Assembly: GCA_035271785.1 (NCBI GenBank)
Contig: DATERH010000051.1
Span: 1 to 53,441, forward strand
Reading direction: 5' to 3'
Source: Buttiauxella sp.
GTDB lineage: Bacteria > Pseudomonadota > Gammaproteobacteria > Enterobacterales > Enterobacteriaceae
DNA length: 53,441 nucleotides
Position 1 is the first letter of the stretch, and every line of letters begins with the position of its first letter. Shown one piece after another: positions 30,541 to 39,021 of this stretch. Under the pieces are notes generated by a model. The model did not search any database and was not told where the DNA came from. It saw nothing but the letters and a program-made list of their open reading frames with translations. A program made the translations under genes and the position numbers.

Positions 30541-31071
30541 TCAGTTTTCCTCTTTTTTCATTTCGATGCTGTTCTGCCGTACGTGTACCAGCAGGCGATA
30601 CTCATGGTGACCTGCGCCTTCCACTGGTTCGATTTGTTTCCATTCAGTAGTCTGATCGTCAGAAAAATAGGCGATGACACCAATAAACTGTGTTTTTTCA
30701 TCCAGTTTCACAGGTGGCAGGGTTTTCATAGAGTCAGGCAACAGGCTGAAATCCTGGTGATCGATATAGTTTTTCCCGATCACGTCCGGTAACGGCGTGC
30801 TGGCAATCTGGTCATAATCCGCGGCCTGTAATTTTGAGTCATCACTCATGTAAACCAATTGCACATCCACTGGTGCGGCTTCACCATCTACATTGGTATT
30901 GGTGTCCGGTTCAGTTAGCAGGGTAATAGTGATTTCCGACGGCTGCTCCGCCAGCTTTCCAACCTGAACGTTCGGGTCGCTGATCACCTGACCGATTTTC
31001 TTCGCTGTCTCGCAACCACTCAGGGTTGCGGTAAGCAACGTTATCCAGATGCAGAAAACACGTCCTTTCAC
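30541..31071 (-). CDS. tssJ: T6SS outer-membrane lipoprotein TssJ
   Basis: Lipobox LSGC; between tagH and tssK. Confidence 0.9.
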   Translation of the reverse strand: MKGRVFCIWITLLTATLSGCETAKKIGQVISDPNVQVGKLAEQPSEITITLLTEPDTNTNVDGEAAPVDVQLVYMSDDSKLQAADYDQIASTPLPDVIGKNYIDHQDFSLLPDSMKTLPPVKLDEKTQFIGVIAYFSDDQTTEWKQIEPVEGAGHHEYRLLVHVRQNSIEMKKEEN

Positions 31072-32387
31072 TATTCAGGCTCCCGCTGTTTCTCACGTAG
31101 TACTCGGTCATAGACTTGGGCGTATACTTCGTTGAACAACATGGAAAAACCCTGCTGGCGATCTGAAGCCAGTTCTTCGTAATAATGGCTGTACATCTGC
31201 CAGGAACCTGCATCATCAAGTTGCTGACGCTGTTCATGGCTGCGACGGTACTGAACAAAACGACGCATCAGACTCTGCGGAGAGAAAGCATCCAGCATCA
31301 CGTGCAATGCTTCATTTATTGCCGCCCTGTTCGCTTCATCATGATGGCGAACATTACGCAGGCTCTCAGCAATAGCCGCAGGGGCTGCAAGATGTACCGG
31401 GCTTTTACCTTCGGCAAACATCACATCCACAGCAGTGGCATAGTCCAGATTCAGACGTAGTGGGTTATCTTCCAGGGGGCGTAGATGTTTGTCTGACAGG
31501 CTGCTTTGGCGTTGTTGTAGCTCAAGCAGACCCTTTATTGCGGCTTGTAATGAACGTCCGGCTTCTTCAAGAAAATCGTCTGCATCTTGAGAGTTGCGTA
31601 CGGTGAGCGTACTACCCAACCCGCGGAGAAGCGGGCTAACGGCAAGATGGCGCTGCGCCATCTCTGCTGGCGAAACGCTATTCTCATTACTGTCACTATT
31701 GTCACGGGCATCGGCATACATGGGAGGAAGATCCATAAACGGAATATCGATCCCACTATTATTGGCGGGATCGGACAACTGAGCAGAAGCCCTGACGCGT
31801 GTCATGCCTGAAAGCAGATCGCCTGCGGTGGTCAGGTTTTCAGCCTGAAGCACCTGCAATGGGTCGGTGGAGAAACCATTTGCAACCGTGTCTGCAAGCT
31901 GATGGCGGTGAGGCATTCCTGGATATGTAGGCTGGCCGTCAGTGGTCAGCAGGGCATCAGCCAGTCGATCACGGTTGGTCACTATCGTTTCAGGTGCGGC
32001 CATTTGTTCGCCATAACTCACAAGCTTTCCTTCGTGGATAAACACTTTCAATGCCAGCGTACCCAAGCCGATCTCATCGCCCTGGCACAAACGCACCAGC
32101 CCAGTACCCACAGCTACCGAGGCCTGATTAATCATCAATCCAGGTGTCAAATTGCGTAAACAGAATGTGCCATCATGCAGAATTACCTGGCAGGCACGAC
32201 CTGCAACCGAACCTGCTCGATCCTGTATCGGCCAGAAGCACGCCTGCGTATGACCAATATCCCCACCTCCATTGGAAAAAAGGCATTTTGCGGCGCGTCC
32301 ACTTTCCAGTTCGTTGCCGTTCATCACCTGCAACGTCAGTGATAATGCGGAAGACTGTGGTATTTCCTCAGTCATATACTGATCCAT
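31071..32387 (-). CDS. tagH: T6SS FHA-domain protein TagH/Fha
   Basis: FHA-like N-terminus, EDNPLR, AFSP..L, F...YAQ.YD C-terminus; start ATG 32387 (or 32375). Confidence 0.88.
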   Translation of the reverse strand: MDQYMTEEIPQSSALSLTLQVMNGNELESGRAAKCLFSNGGGDIGHTQACFWPIQDRAGSVAGRACQVILHDGTFCLRNLTPGLMINQASVAVGTGLVRLCQGDEIGLGTLALKVFIHEGKLVSYGEQMAAPETIVTNRDRLADALLTTDGQPTYPGMPHRHQLADTVANGFSTDPLQVLQAENLTTAGDLLSGMTRVRASAQLSDPANNSGIDIPFMDLPPMYADARDNSDSNENSVSPAEMAQRHLAVSPLLRGLGSTLTVRNSQDADDFLEEAGRSLQAAIKGLLELQQRQSSLSDKHLRPLEDNPLRLNLDYATAVDVMFAEGKSPVHLAAPAAIAESLRNVRHHDEANRAAINEALHVMLDAFSPQSLMRRFVQYRRSHEQRQQLDDAGSWQMYSHYYEELASDRQQGFSMLFNEVYAQVYDRVLREKQREPE

Positions 32388-32391
32388 AAAA

Positions 32392-33438
32392 TTATTTCCT
32401 GATGTGGAGGGTGACAGAGGGCGGTGTTTTTGGCAGACCAATAAACGCAGTACGCCCAATACAGGAGCGGGCTCGGTCACCTAGTCGCATTCCCTGAGCC
32501 TGCTCTGGCGCCAGATCTAGTCGCAAATCCCAGGAAAACTGATCTCGCAGAAGAAAAGAAATAAACACCGTTAACGCCTGGTGGTTATCACCATCCGGTA
32601 AAAAAGACAGATAGCGAGCCATCGATAAGCCGCCAATCTTTAGCAGGAATTTTCCGCTGCGGTCCGGCACCCTCGCACCGAGGGTAAAATTAACGCCGAT
32701 GACCGAGCGCCCAGGGATATACCCTGCGGTTTTCTTCTTCGAATGGCGGACACCCAGACGGTTCTGCTGTGATGGCTCAATCGGTACTTTACGCAGTTGC
32801 CAACTATCAATGGCGACATCCGGCAGATCAAAGCAATGGGATACGAGATTGCATACCACATCCGGTGAACGCCCCGGTGTCGCCAGCACCCCTGCGTAGG
32901 CAAGCATCTTGCTATGGTTGATAGCAAGTTTGCCGCGAATGCTCTGATTACCTAGCCCCACCAGGGCGTACATACGTTGCGAAAAAGTATCCGTACCACC
33001 ATTGCGAAAACAGATGTAATAGCGGTATTTACGCCAGGCGTGGTAAGAAAACTGTGTCCAGCGGTGGCTGAACAGATCGAGAAACTCCTTCAGCCCCTCT
33101 TCGTTCTGAGCATCTTCCTGAGCCATCTTATCCAGGTAATATCCTGGTAAAGGGGATTGGCTACCTGAGAAACCGAGGAACCTGGTGGTCAGAGAGAACT
33201 GCCCTGTGTCGTTGCACTCAAGCGTAGTCAAGTCACTTCCTGGAAAAGCAATACCGGCATCGGATTTGAACAGCGCCACTTCCCCGTGAGGTTCCGTCCG
33301 CAAGGTAGGCTCCTCGCCCAAATCCCCGTACTGACGGTACAGCGCATCCATCAGGACATAAAAATTCATCCCGCGCACATCTGACGGGACAGAGTCCCGT
33401 TTCGCTACATCAGGGCGTGCTGACCGGTATGTTGCCAT
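32392..33438 (-). CDS. tssG: T6SS baseplate TssG
   Basis: FLGFSGSQSPLPGYY, FLDLFSHR, WRKYRY; start MATYRS at 33438 overlapping the tssF end. Confidence 0.93.
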   Translation of the reverse strand: MATYRSARPDVAKRDSVPSDVRGMNFYVLMDALYRQYGDLGEEPTLRTEPHGEVALFKSDAGIAFPGSDLTTLECNDTGQFSLTTRFLGFSGSQSPLPGYYLDKMAQEDAQNEEGLKEFLDLFSHRWTQFSYHAWRKYRYYICFRNGGTDTFSQRMYALVGLGNQSIRGKLAINHSKMLAYAGVLATPGRSPDVVCNLVSHCFDLPDVAIDSWQLRKVPIEPSQQNRLGVRHSKKKTAGYIPGRSVIGVNFTLGARVPDRSGKFLLKIGGLSMARYLSFLPDGDNHQALTVFISFLLRDQFSWDLRLDLAPEQAQGMRLGDRARSCIGRTAFIGLPKTPPSVTLHIRK

Positions 33439-35225
33439 TCCCAGGCCTCCTGACTTTCCGTGTTGATGATTTTCAGACAGTGAAATGAATTGATGCTGGC
33501 GTACAGGGCGAAGAAGTGCGACAGCACGGTTCCCAGCAGGTAGATCTCCCCCTCGCAGACAAAGGGAGTGGGGTTGATCCACAGCGTGGTGGATAATCCA
33601 CGTACTGGCACCCCTTTAAACAAACGGTCAACTGGGTGAGTATCAAGTTTTTCAATGGCATCCAGCTTTTGCCGTGAGAGCATTGCCTGCTGCGGGTGGT
33701 GGATCCCAGGTAAGTCGAATGTACGCATAACCTGAATTAGCGCGTCTTTGTCTAGCAGGGATAGGTAATTCAGGTTCATACAGGAAATCAGCGACCAGTG
33801 CATGTCACCGTCCGTGACTGGGTACAATGGACGGGTAGGACGCGTGACATTGCCGAAGGATGCTACAGACGAGTTTTTGTTAACCGCTACACTGATATCA
33901 CCGGTGTGTAGCGATGCAGGTAGCATCCTGTTGGTACAAACCAGTGAGGCAGTGATCGCTTCATCGCTCAGTCCGGAATGCTCCGGCAGGCTGCCATCTG
34001 CATGAACAAAAGCGATGGAATGTTCCAAACCACGATGGAACAGCGAGGTCTTTGTCCGGTGGTGCCAGTAAACGACTTCGCGCTGGCGGCTGTATTCTAT
34101 TTGATGCTGAAAGCCTTCAAATTCAGGCCAGAGGCGGAAGGGTTTACCGTCAGATGTATTACTTACCTTGCTGGATACAGATTTCACTCGGAAGATATCA
34201 TAGGCTTCCGGATGCTGATGGCTGGCGCGCAGCGGATACTGCGGTGTGCTACCGTCTGGGCTGACAGGTTCGGCATGGTATGCAAACAGGTTTACCGCTG
34301 GTGTACAGTACGGGCGCAAAGAATCCTTGCGCAGCTTAATATCCACAGGCAACGGCTGGTTAAAATGCAGGCGCAGCGTGAAAGTGTGAACCGGAAAATC
34401 CTCCGGTAACGGTGTTGCGTCACGCAAGTTAAAGAAGAAAAAACTCTCCGGATAGCAGAAATACTCCTGGAGTACACGGTAGCCGGTGTGAACGTTTTTT
34501 GGCCATGGCAGTAACGCATCATCCCGTTCAAATCCGGCAGCTTCCAGCCACAATTTTGGTAATGGGAAACGATGCGTTCCGGAAACTAGTTCAGCATCCA
34601 TCAACCGCTCGCTGAACCACAGATAAAGCTGGTAACGAGTGTAGTCATCCTCGTTACCCAACCAGAAGGTTAATTTATTCATGTCCAGGGAACGGGAAGA
34701 GACATTCCCCTCAGTGAAGAAATCAACCTCAATGACCCCCTCTTTCAGGCTACTGACGTTGCGAACATCCTTGATATACAGGGGCTGCAGCCATGTATTG
34801 CGTGCAAGAGTAAAATAGCAGGCAGGAGGCGTCGCTTTCTCGTCATCAGTCAGCCCTCCGGGGGCGAGAGATTGTGAGCTGCTACCTGTATTGGTTCTTA
34901 CCAATTCGTTACGGCATACCTCAACAGCGGTCTGTAACTCTTTTTGGGGCTGATATTCAATTACTGTCATGGACGGAACTGGGCGCAGATAGTTGGGCCA
35001 CAGCATGTTAATCAGTCCATGTGTGAACTCAGGAAATTCATCTTCCAATTTCTGCCGCAGACCGCCAGAAAGGAAAGCAAACGCCTCCATCAGGCGCTCG
35101 ACATCCGGATCGCCTTCCTTTTCAGCCAGGAAACGGGCCAGGTAAGGTTTTTCTTGCGCCAGCAGCTTGCCAAGCTGACGCAAGTAATCCAGCTCTTCCC
35201 GGTAGTAGCGTTCTTCGAAAGCCAT
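33405..35225 (-). CDS. tssF: T6SS baseplate TssF
   Basis: YYREELDYLR, DPDVERLMEAFAFL, GYRVLQEYF, CTPAVNLF, YASINSF. Confidence 0.96.
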   Translation of the reverse strand: MAFEERYYREELDYLRQLGKLLAQEKPYLARFLAEKEGDPDVERLMEAFAFLSGGLRQKLEDEFPEFTHGLINMLWPNYLRPVPSMTVIEYQPQKELQTAVEVCRNELVRTNTGSSSQSLAPGGLTDDEKATPPACYFTLARNTWLQPLYIKDVRNVSSLKEGVIEVDFFTEGNVSSRSLDMNKLTFWLGNEDDYTRYQLYLWFSERLMDAELVSGTHRFPLPKLWLEAAGFERDDALLPWPKNVHTGYRVLQEYFCYPESFFFFNLRDATPLPEDFPVHTFTLRLHFNQPLPVDIKLRKDSLRPYCTPAVNLFAYHAEPVSPDGSTPQYPLRASHQHPEAYDIFRVKSVSSKVSNTSDGKPFRLWPEFEGFQHQIEYSRQREVVYWHHRTKTSLFHRGLEHSIAFVHADGSLPEHSGLSDEAITASLVCTNRMLPASLHTGDISVAVNKNSSVASFGNVTRPTRPLYPVTDGDMHWSLISCMNLNYLSLLDKDALIQVMRTFDLPGIHHPQQAMLSRQKLDAIEKLDTHPVDRLFKGVPVRGLSTTLWINPTPFVCEGEIYLLGTVLSHFFALYASINSFHCLKIINTESQEAWEWQHTGQHALM

Positions 35226-35227
35226 TT

Positions 35228-35650
35228 CTACTCCACACACCAGTGCTGGCGGTTATCCAGCAGGATATCGAACTCCAGAACATCCCTGCTTTCGCTGAAA
35301 TCCATATACGCCACAATATGAAAACACAGTTCCAATGGCGAATATCCATCCTCTGCAGTTGCCGATATCACCACTTCCGACATACGAGGTTCGTAGCGCA
35401 ACATACAGTTTCTGATGGTATTTATTATTTGATTTCTGAAATCACCGGAGGTCAGGGCATCATCATCTAAATCGGTGATACCCAGCTCCGGTGACCCGTA
35501 ACAACTGCCGGAACGGGTGTTGAGTACATTTTGCAGATTGCTCCGAACAGAGCGCAGCAGCGCTTCTTTCGGTTTCCTGCGCACAGGCAGATCCACCGCT
35601 TCCCGGATGCGTTCAAATAAACTCCCCCCTAACTCCCGCTCCTTCATCAT
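35228..35650 (-). CDS. tssE: T6SS baseplate TssE (gp25-like)
   Basis: SLFERI, LNTR, YEPR motifs. Confidence 0.93.
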   Translation of the reverse strand: MMKERELGGSLFERIREAVDLPVRRKPKEALLRSVRSNLQNVLNTRSGSCYGSPELGITDLDDDALTSGDFRNQIINTIRNCMLRYEPRMSEVVISATAEDGYSPLELCFHIVAYMDFSESRDVLEFDILLDNRQHWCVE

Positions 35651-35652
35651 GG

Positions 35653-37137
35653 TTATTCCCTGTCCAGACGACCCACCAGGGATAAATCAAAGCTGGCGCC
35701 CATGAACTTGAAATGCGGACGCACAGAGAGTGCAACCAGGTACCAGCCTGGCTCGCCTTCTACATCCAATACCTCAATCTTCGCCTGACGCAGTGGTTTG
35801 CGACTGCGAACTTCAGAAGGTGGGTTTTCCTGATCGGCCACATACTGACGAATCCAGGTATTCAACTCACGCTCAAGATCGCCCCGCTCTTTCCATGAAC
35901 CAATCTGCTCGCGTTGCAGCACTTTGATGTAATGAGCTAAACGCGTGATTATGAACAGGTAGGGAAGTTGCGAACCCAGTTTGTAATTCGTTTCAGCAGC
36001 CTTCCCTTCCGGCGTATTTGGGAAAGTTTTAGGTTTTTGCACCGAATTTGCTGAGAAAAATGCCGCGTTATCACTACCCTTTCGCATAGTCAGAGAAATG
36101 AAGCCCTCTTCTGCCAGCTCGTATTCTCGGCGGTCAGTGATAAGTATTTCTGTCGGAATTTTAGCCTGAAGCTGTCCCATCGACTCATACAGATGCACTG
36201 GCAAATCTTTCACTGCCCCCCCACTCTGTGGGCCGACGATATTTGGGCACCACCTGCTCGCCATGAAGCTTTCAGCCATATTGGCTGCCAACAGGAACGC
36301 AGTGTTACCCCACAGGTAGTCTTCATGGTTGCGGCTGACATCTTCCCGGTAGTTAAAACTTTTAACTGGGTTTTCATCCGGTGCATACGGATGGCGCAGC
36401 AGACAACGCGGAGCGGTCAGTCCCAAATAACGAGAGTCTTCCGATTCGCGTAGGGCACGCCACTTGGTATATGCCGGGCCTTCAAAAATCGCGGACACAT
36501 CTTTCATACCCGGCAATTCGGTATACGAATCCAGTCCGAAAAATTCCGGAGAGACCGCTGACAGAAACGGCGCATGAGCCATCGCGCTGACCGCACTGAC
36601 ATATTTGAGCAACTTCATGTCTGCCGCATTGTTATCAAAAGCATAATTACCAATAACAGCTGCTACTGGTTCACCGCCAAACTGACCAAAACCACTGGAG
36701 TAAACGTGCTTGTAGTAACCAGACTGAGTAATCTCAGGGGCAAATTCAAAATCATCCAGCAATTCTTCTTTGGTGACATGCAGCACATGAATTTTGATGT
36801 TCTCTCGCGTGTCTGCACGATCAACCAGTAACTTCAGTGAACGCAGAAACGACTCCAACTCCTGAAGTTCCGGAGCGTGGAGGATAAGATCCATCTGACG
36901 CCCCATGCGCGTATCAATATCAGCAATCATGGCGTTAACGGCCAGAATATCGACAGGCTCCGCATCTGAGTCGCTCTGTAACAGGGCGGCAATAAACGCA
37001 GTCACGCCCTGACGAGCAGCATCATAGCTTTCTGATGCTGGCTGAAAACGGGTCTGCGCCATAATTTCATCCAACAGGGAGGGTGCAGCCGTTGGCGTGG
37101 TGGGAGAGAATTGTTGCTGCAATGTGGTATCTGACAT
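35653..37137 (-). CDS. tssC: T6SS sheath large subunit TssC
   Basis: GQFGGEP, AHAPF, WGN, GPQSGG, RLAHYIKV, RPHFK; start MSDTT at 37137. Confidence 0.96.
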   Translation of the reverse strand: MSDTTLQQQFSPTTPTAAPSLLDEIMAQTRFQPASESYDAARQGVTAFIAALLQSDSDAEPVDILAVNAMIADIDTRMGRQMDLILHAPELQELESFLRSLKLLVDRADTRENIKIHVLHVTKEELLDDFEFAPEITQSGYYKHVYSSGFGQFGGEPVAAVIGNYAFDNNAADMKLLKYVSAVSAMAHAPFLSAVSPEFFGLDSYTELPGMKDVSAIFEGPAYTKWRALRESEDSRYLGLTAPRCLLRHPYAPDENPVKSFNYREDVSRNHEDYLWGNTAFLLAANMAESFMASRWCPNIVGPQSGGAVKDLPVHLYESMGQLQAKIPTEILITDRREYELAEEGFISLTMRKGSDNAAFFSANSVQKPKTFPNTPEGKAAETNYKLGSQLPYLFIITRLAHYIKVLQREQIGSWKERGDLERELNTWIRQYVADQENPPSEVRSRKPLRQAKIEVLDVEGEPGWYLVALSVRPHFKFMGASFDLSLVGRLDRE

Positions 37138-37157
37138 ACTGAAATCCTTGTACAAAG

Positions 37158-37658
37158 TTATTTCCGACCAACTAGGCCCAACTCCACAATCAGTTGTTCG
37201 CGAGTGTCTTCATTATCAAGTAGCGCCTGAATCTGGGCGCGGAAAGCAGGGATATTGCCCATCGGCCCCTTCAGCGCCACCAGAGCCTCACGCAGTTCAA
37301 GTAGTTTTTTCATTTCTGGTACCTGTGCTGCAACGCGGTCTGGTGAAAGATCTGCCATTGACTTCACTTTCAAGCTCACATTCATCTGCATATCGGGAAT
37401 TTCGCCGAGTACAGAAGGAACGATGAAATCCCGTTCTATTCCGGACTTTTCCAGCACAGCGTTGAAATTATTTCTGTTTATAGAAACTGGCTGGCGCTCA
37501 TCCAGCGGAGTGTCATCAGCCGTTCCTTTCAGATTACCGGTGATCAGCAGGTTAAGCGGCAACTCAACTTCAGATACCTGACCATCAGTTTTAGGGGTAT
37601 AGCGAATATTGATGCGCTCTTTAGGCGCGATGCTACCGTCGTTTTTATTGCTGCTCAT
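37158..37658 (-). CDS. tssB: T6SS sheath small subunit TssB
   Basis: APKERINI, ELPL, VPEMKKLLELREAL.ALKGP. Confidence 0.96.
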   Translation of the reverse strand: MSSNKNDGSIAPKERINIRYTPKTDGQVSEVELPLNLLITGNLKGTADDTPLDERQPVSINRNNFNAVLEKSGIERDFIVPSVLGEIPDMQMNVSLKVKSMADLSPDRVAAQVPEMKKLLELREALVALKGPMGNIPAFRAQIQALLDNEDTREQLIVELGLVGRK

Positions 37659-38276
37659 GAGAATAGTCCATCGGTTTATTGTTCAGGCCATAAAACGGCA
37701 TAATCTGTACAACAAAAATGCCGTTGCAGTGACAGTTTAATAATATCAATCCATATCTTTTAAAGCGTATCCTACTCTCACGTCAATTAATTTCAAAAAA
37801 ACTTTTTTATTACAAAAAGACAAGAAACCTTGATAGAAAATAAATCAAAAAGAAGCACCACAATAAACAAACAAATAAAAACAACGAGTTACACAAAGAA
37901 ATTCCACTTATTAACCACTGATTAATACTAAATAAAGACACACTGAAGTATTATTTAGGAAGTAGTGTATCTTTGTGTTTTTATTTTATGATACTGAATA
38001 AAAAAGCCACCAATCAAAAAATAATAAAAACATTTATTGCGGGAAGCGCCGATCACGATCTAGCATGTTTTAACGACACAAAAACATATAAATAATTTAT
38101 ATGGATTATGTTAATTCATATAAATAGCTCTTAAATTTTATATGCATCTGGATTTATTTTTTACCAACATACCAGCTACAGAAATGTTGCGGTTCTCGGC
38201 AAAAGCCGTGCCGCCTCTGCCTACCGAGGAATAACGGTAGGCAATCATTAGCAGCAACTAAAAAGGAGTTAAAACT
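37659..38276. promoter_or_regulatory. AT-rich divergent T6SS promoter region
   Basis: About 620 bp of very A/T-rich non-coding DNA between divergent tssB and hcp. Confidence 0.7.
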
Positions 38277-38795
38277 ATGCCTACCCCTTGTTATATATCA
38301 ATCAAAGGTCAAACCCAGGGACACATCACTGCTGGTGCATTTACCGCCGATTCTGTCGGTAACATTTATGTTCAGGGCCACGAAGATGAAATGCTAGTGC
38401 AGGAATTTCTGCATAACGTGACTGTCCCAACTGACCCGCAATCCGGTCAGCCAAGTGGTCAACGAGCGCACAAGCCGTTCATTTTTACCGTAGCACTGAA
38501 CAAATCTGTGCCGCTGTTGTACAACGCACTGGCAAGCGGTGAAATGCTTCCAACAATTGAGCTGCACTGGTGGCGTACCTCGGTTGAAGGCAAGCAAGAG
38601 CATTATTTCACTACGCGCCTGACAGATTCGACCATTGTCGATATCAATCTGCATATGCCGCACTGCCAGGATCCGACCCAGCGAGAATTTACTCAACTGG
38701 TCGCTGTGTCATTGGCATACCGCAAAATCGAGTGGGAACACGTCAAGTCAGGCACTTCCGGTGCTGATGACTGGCGCGCACCGCTGGAAGCGTAA
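38277..38795 (+). CDS. hcp: Hcp/TssD tube protein (Vibrio-type)
   Basis: MPTPCYISI.GQTQG.ITAGAFT..SVGN...GHEDE, DPQSGQP.GQR.HKP, DDWRAP. Confidence 0.97.
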   Translation: MPTPCYISIKGQTQGHITAGAFTADSVGNIYVQGHEDEMLVQEFLHNVTVPTDPQSGQPSGQRAHKPFIFTVALNKSVPLLYNALASGEMLPTIELHWWRTSVEGKQEHYFTTRLTDSTIVDINLHMPHCQDPTQREFTQLVAVSLAYRKIEWEHVKSGTSGADDWRAPLEA

Positions 38796-38810
38796 GTGTC
38801 AAAGTGAACT

Positions 38811-38847
38811 AACAACATTCTGCCTTATAGGCAGAATGTTGTTTTTG
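38811..38847 (+). terminator. Intrinsic terminator after hcp
   Basis: aacaacattctgcct-tat-aggcagaatgttgtt followed by a T-run. Confidence 0.88.
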
Positions 38848-38926
38848 TATCTATCCGTAAGCCGAAAGGGCTGTCCGAATAAAGAAGTTATGTTTTTCAC
38901 GGGAGATGGAATATACCGGAAACCTT

Positions 38927-38938
38927 GGCGGTAGCATG
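38927..38938 (+). promoter_or_regulatory. ops (RfaH recruitment) element upstream of vgrG
   Basis: GGCGGTAGCATG matches the ops consensus GGCGGTAGnnTG; sense strand, 83 nt before the vgrG ATG. Confidence 0.65.
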
Positions 38939-39021
38939 TCTGAATATAAACGTAACGCTTTACATTCACAGTTGCTGCATGGCGGTTCGTCTGTTTTCCC
39001 TGTGAACACAGGGAGTTTATT

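Noticed and set aside
32388-33582. Extended ORF-track starts for tagH (32480) and tssG (33582)
   Set aside because: They overlap upstream genes extensively; SD-supported starts are 32387 and 33438
38197-38212. Sigma54 promoter for hcp (GG-N10-GC)
   Set aside because: Weak match to TGGCAC-N5-TTGC, no vasH in the cluster, and the sequence is better explained as an RNA hairpin; not fully excluded
38186-38260. c-di-GMP-I riboswitch in the hcp leader
   Set aside because: Only GGCAAA is shared; the GNRA tetraloop/receptor two-stem pattern is not evident
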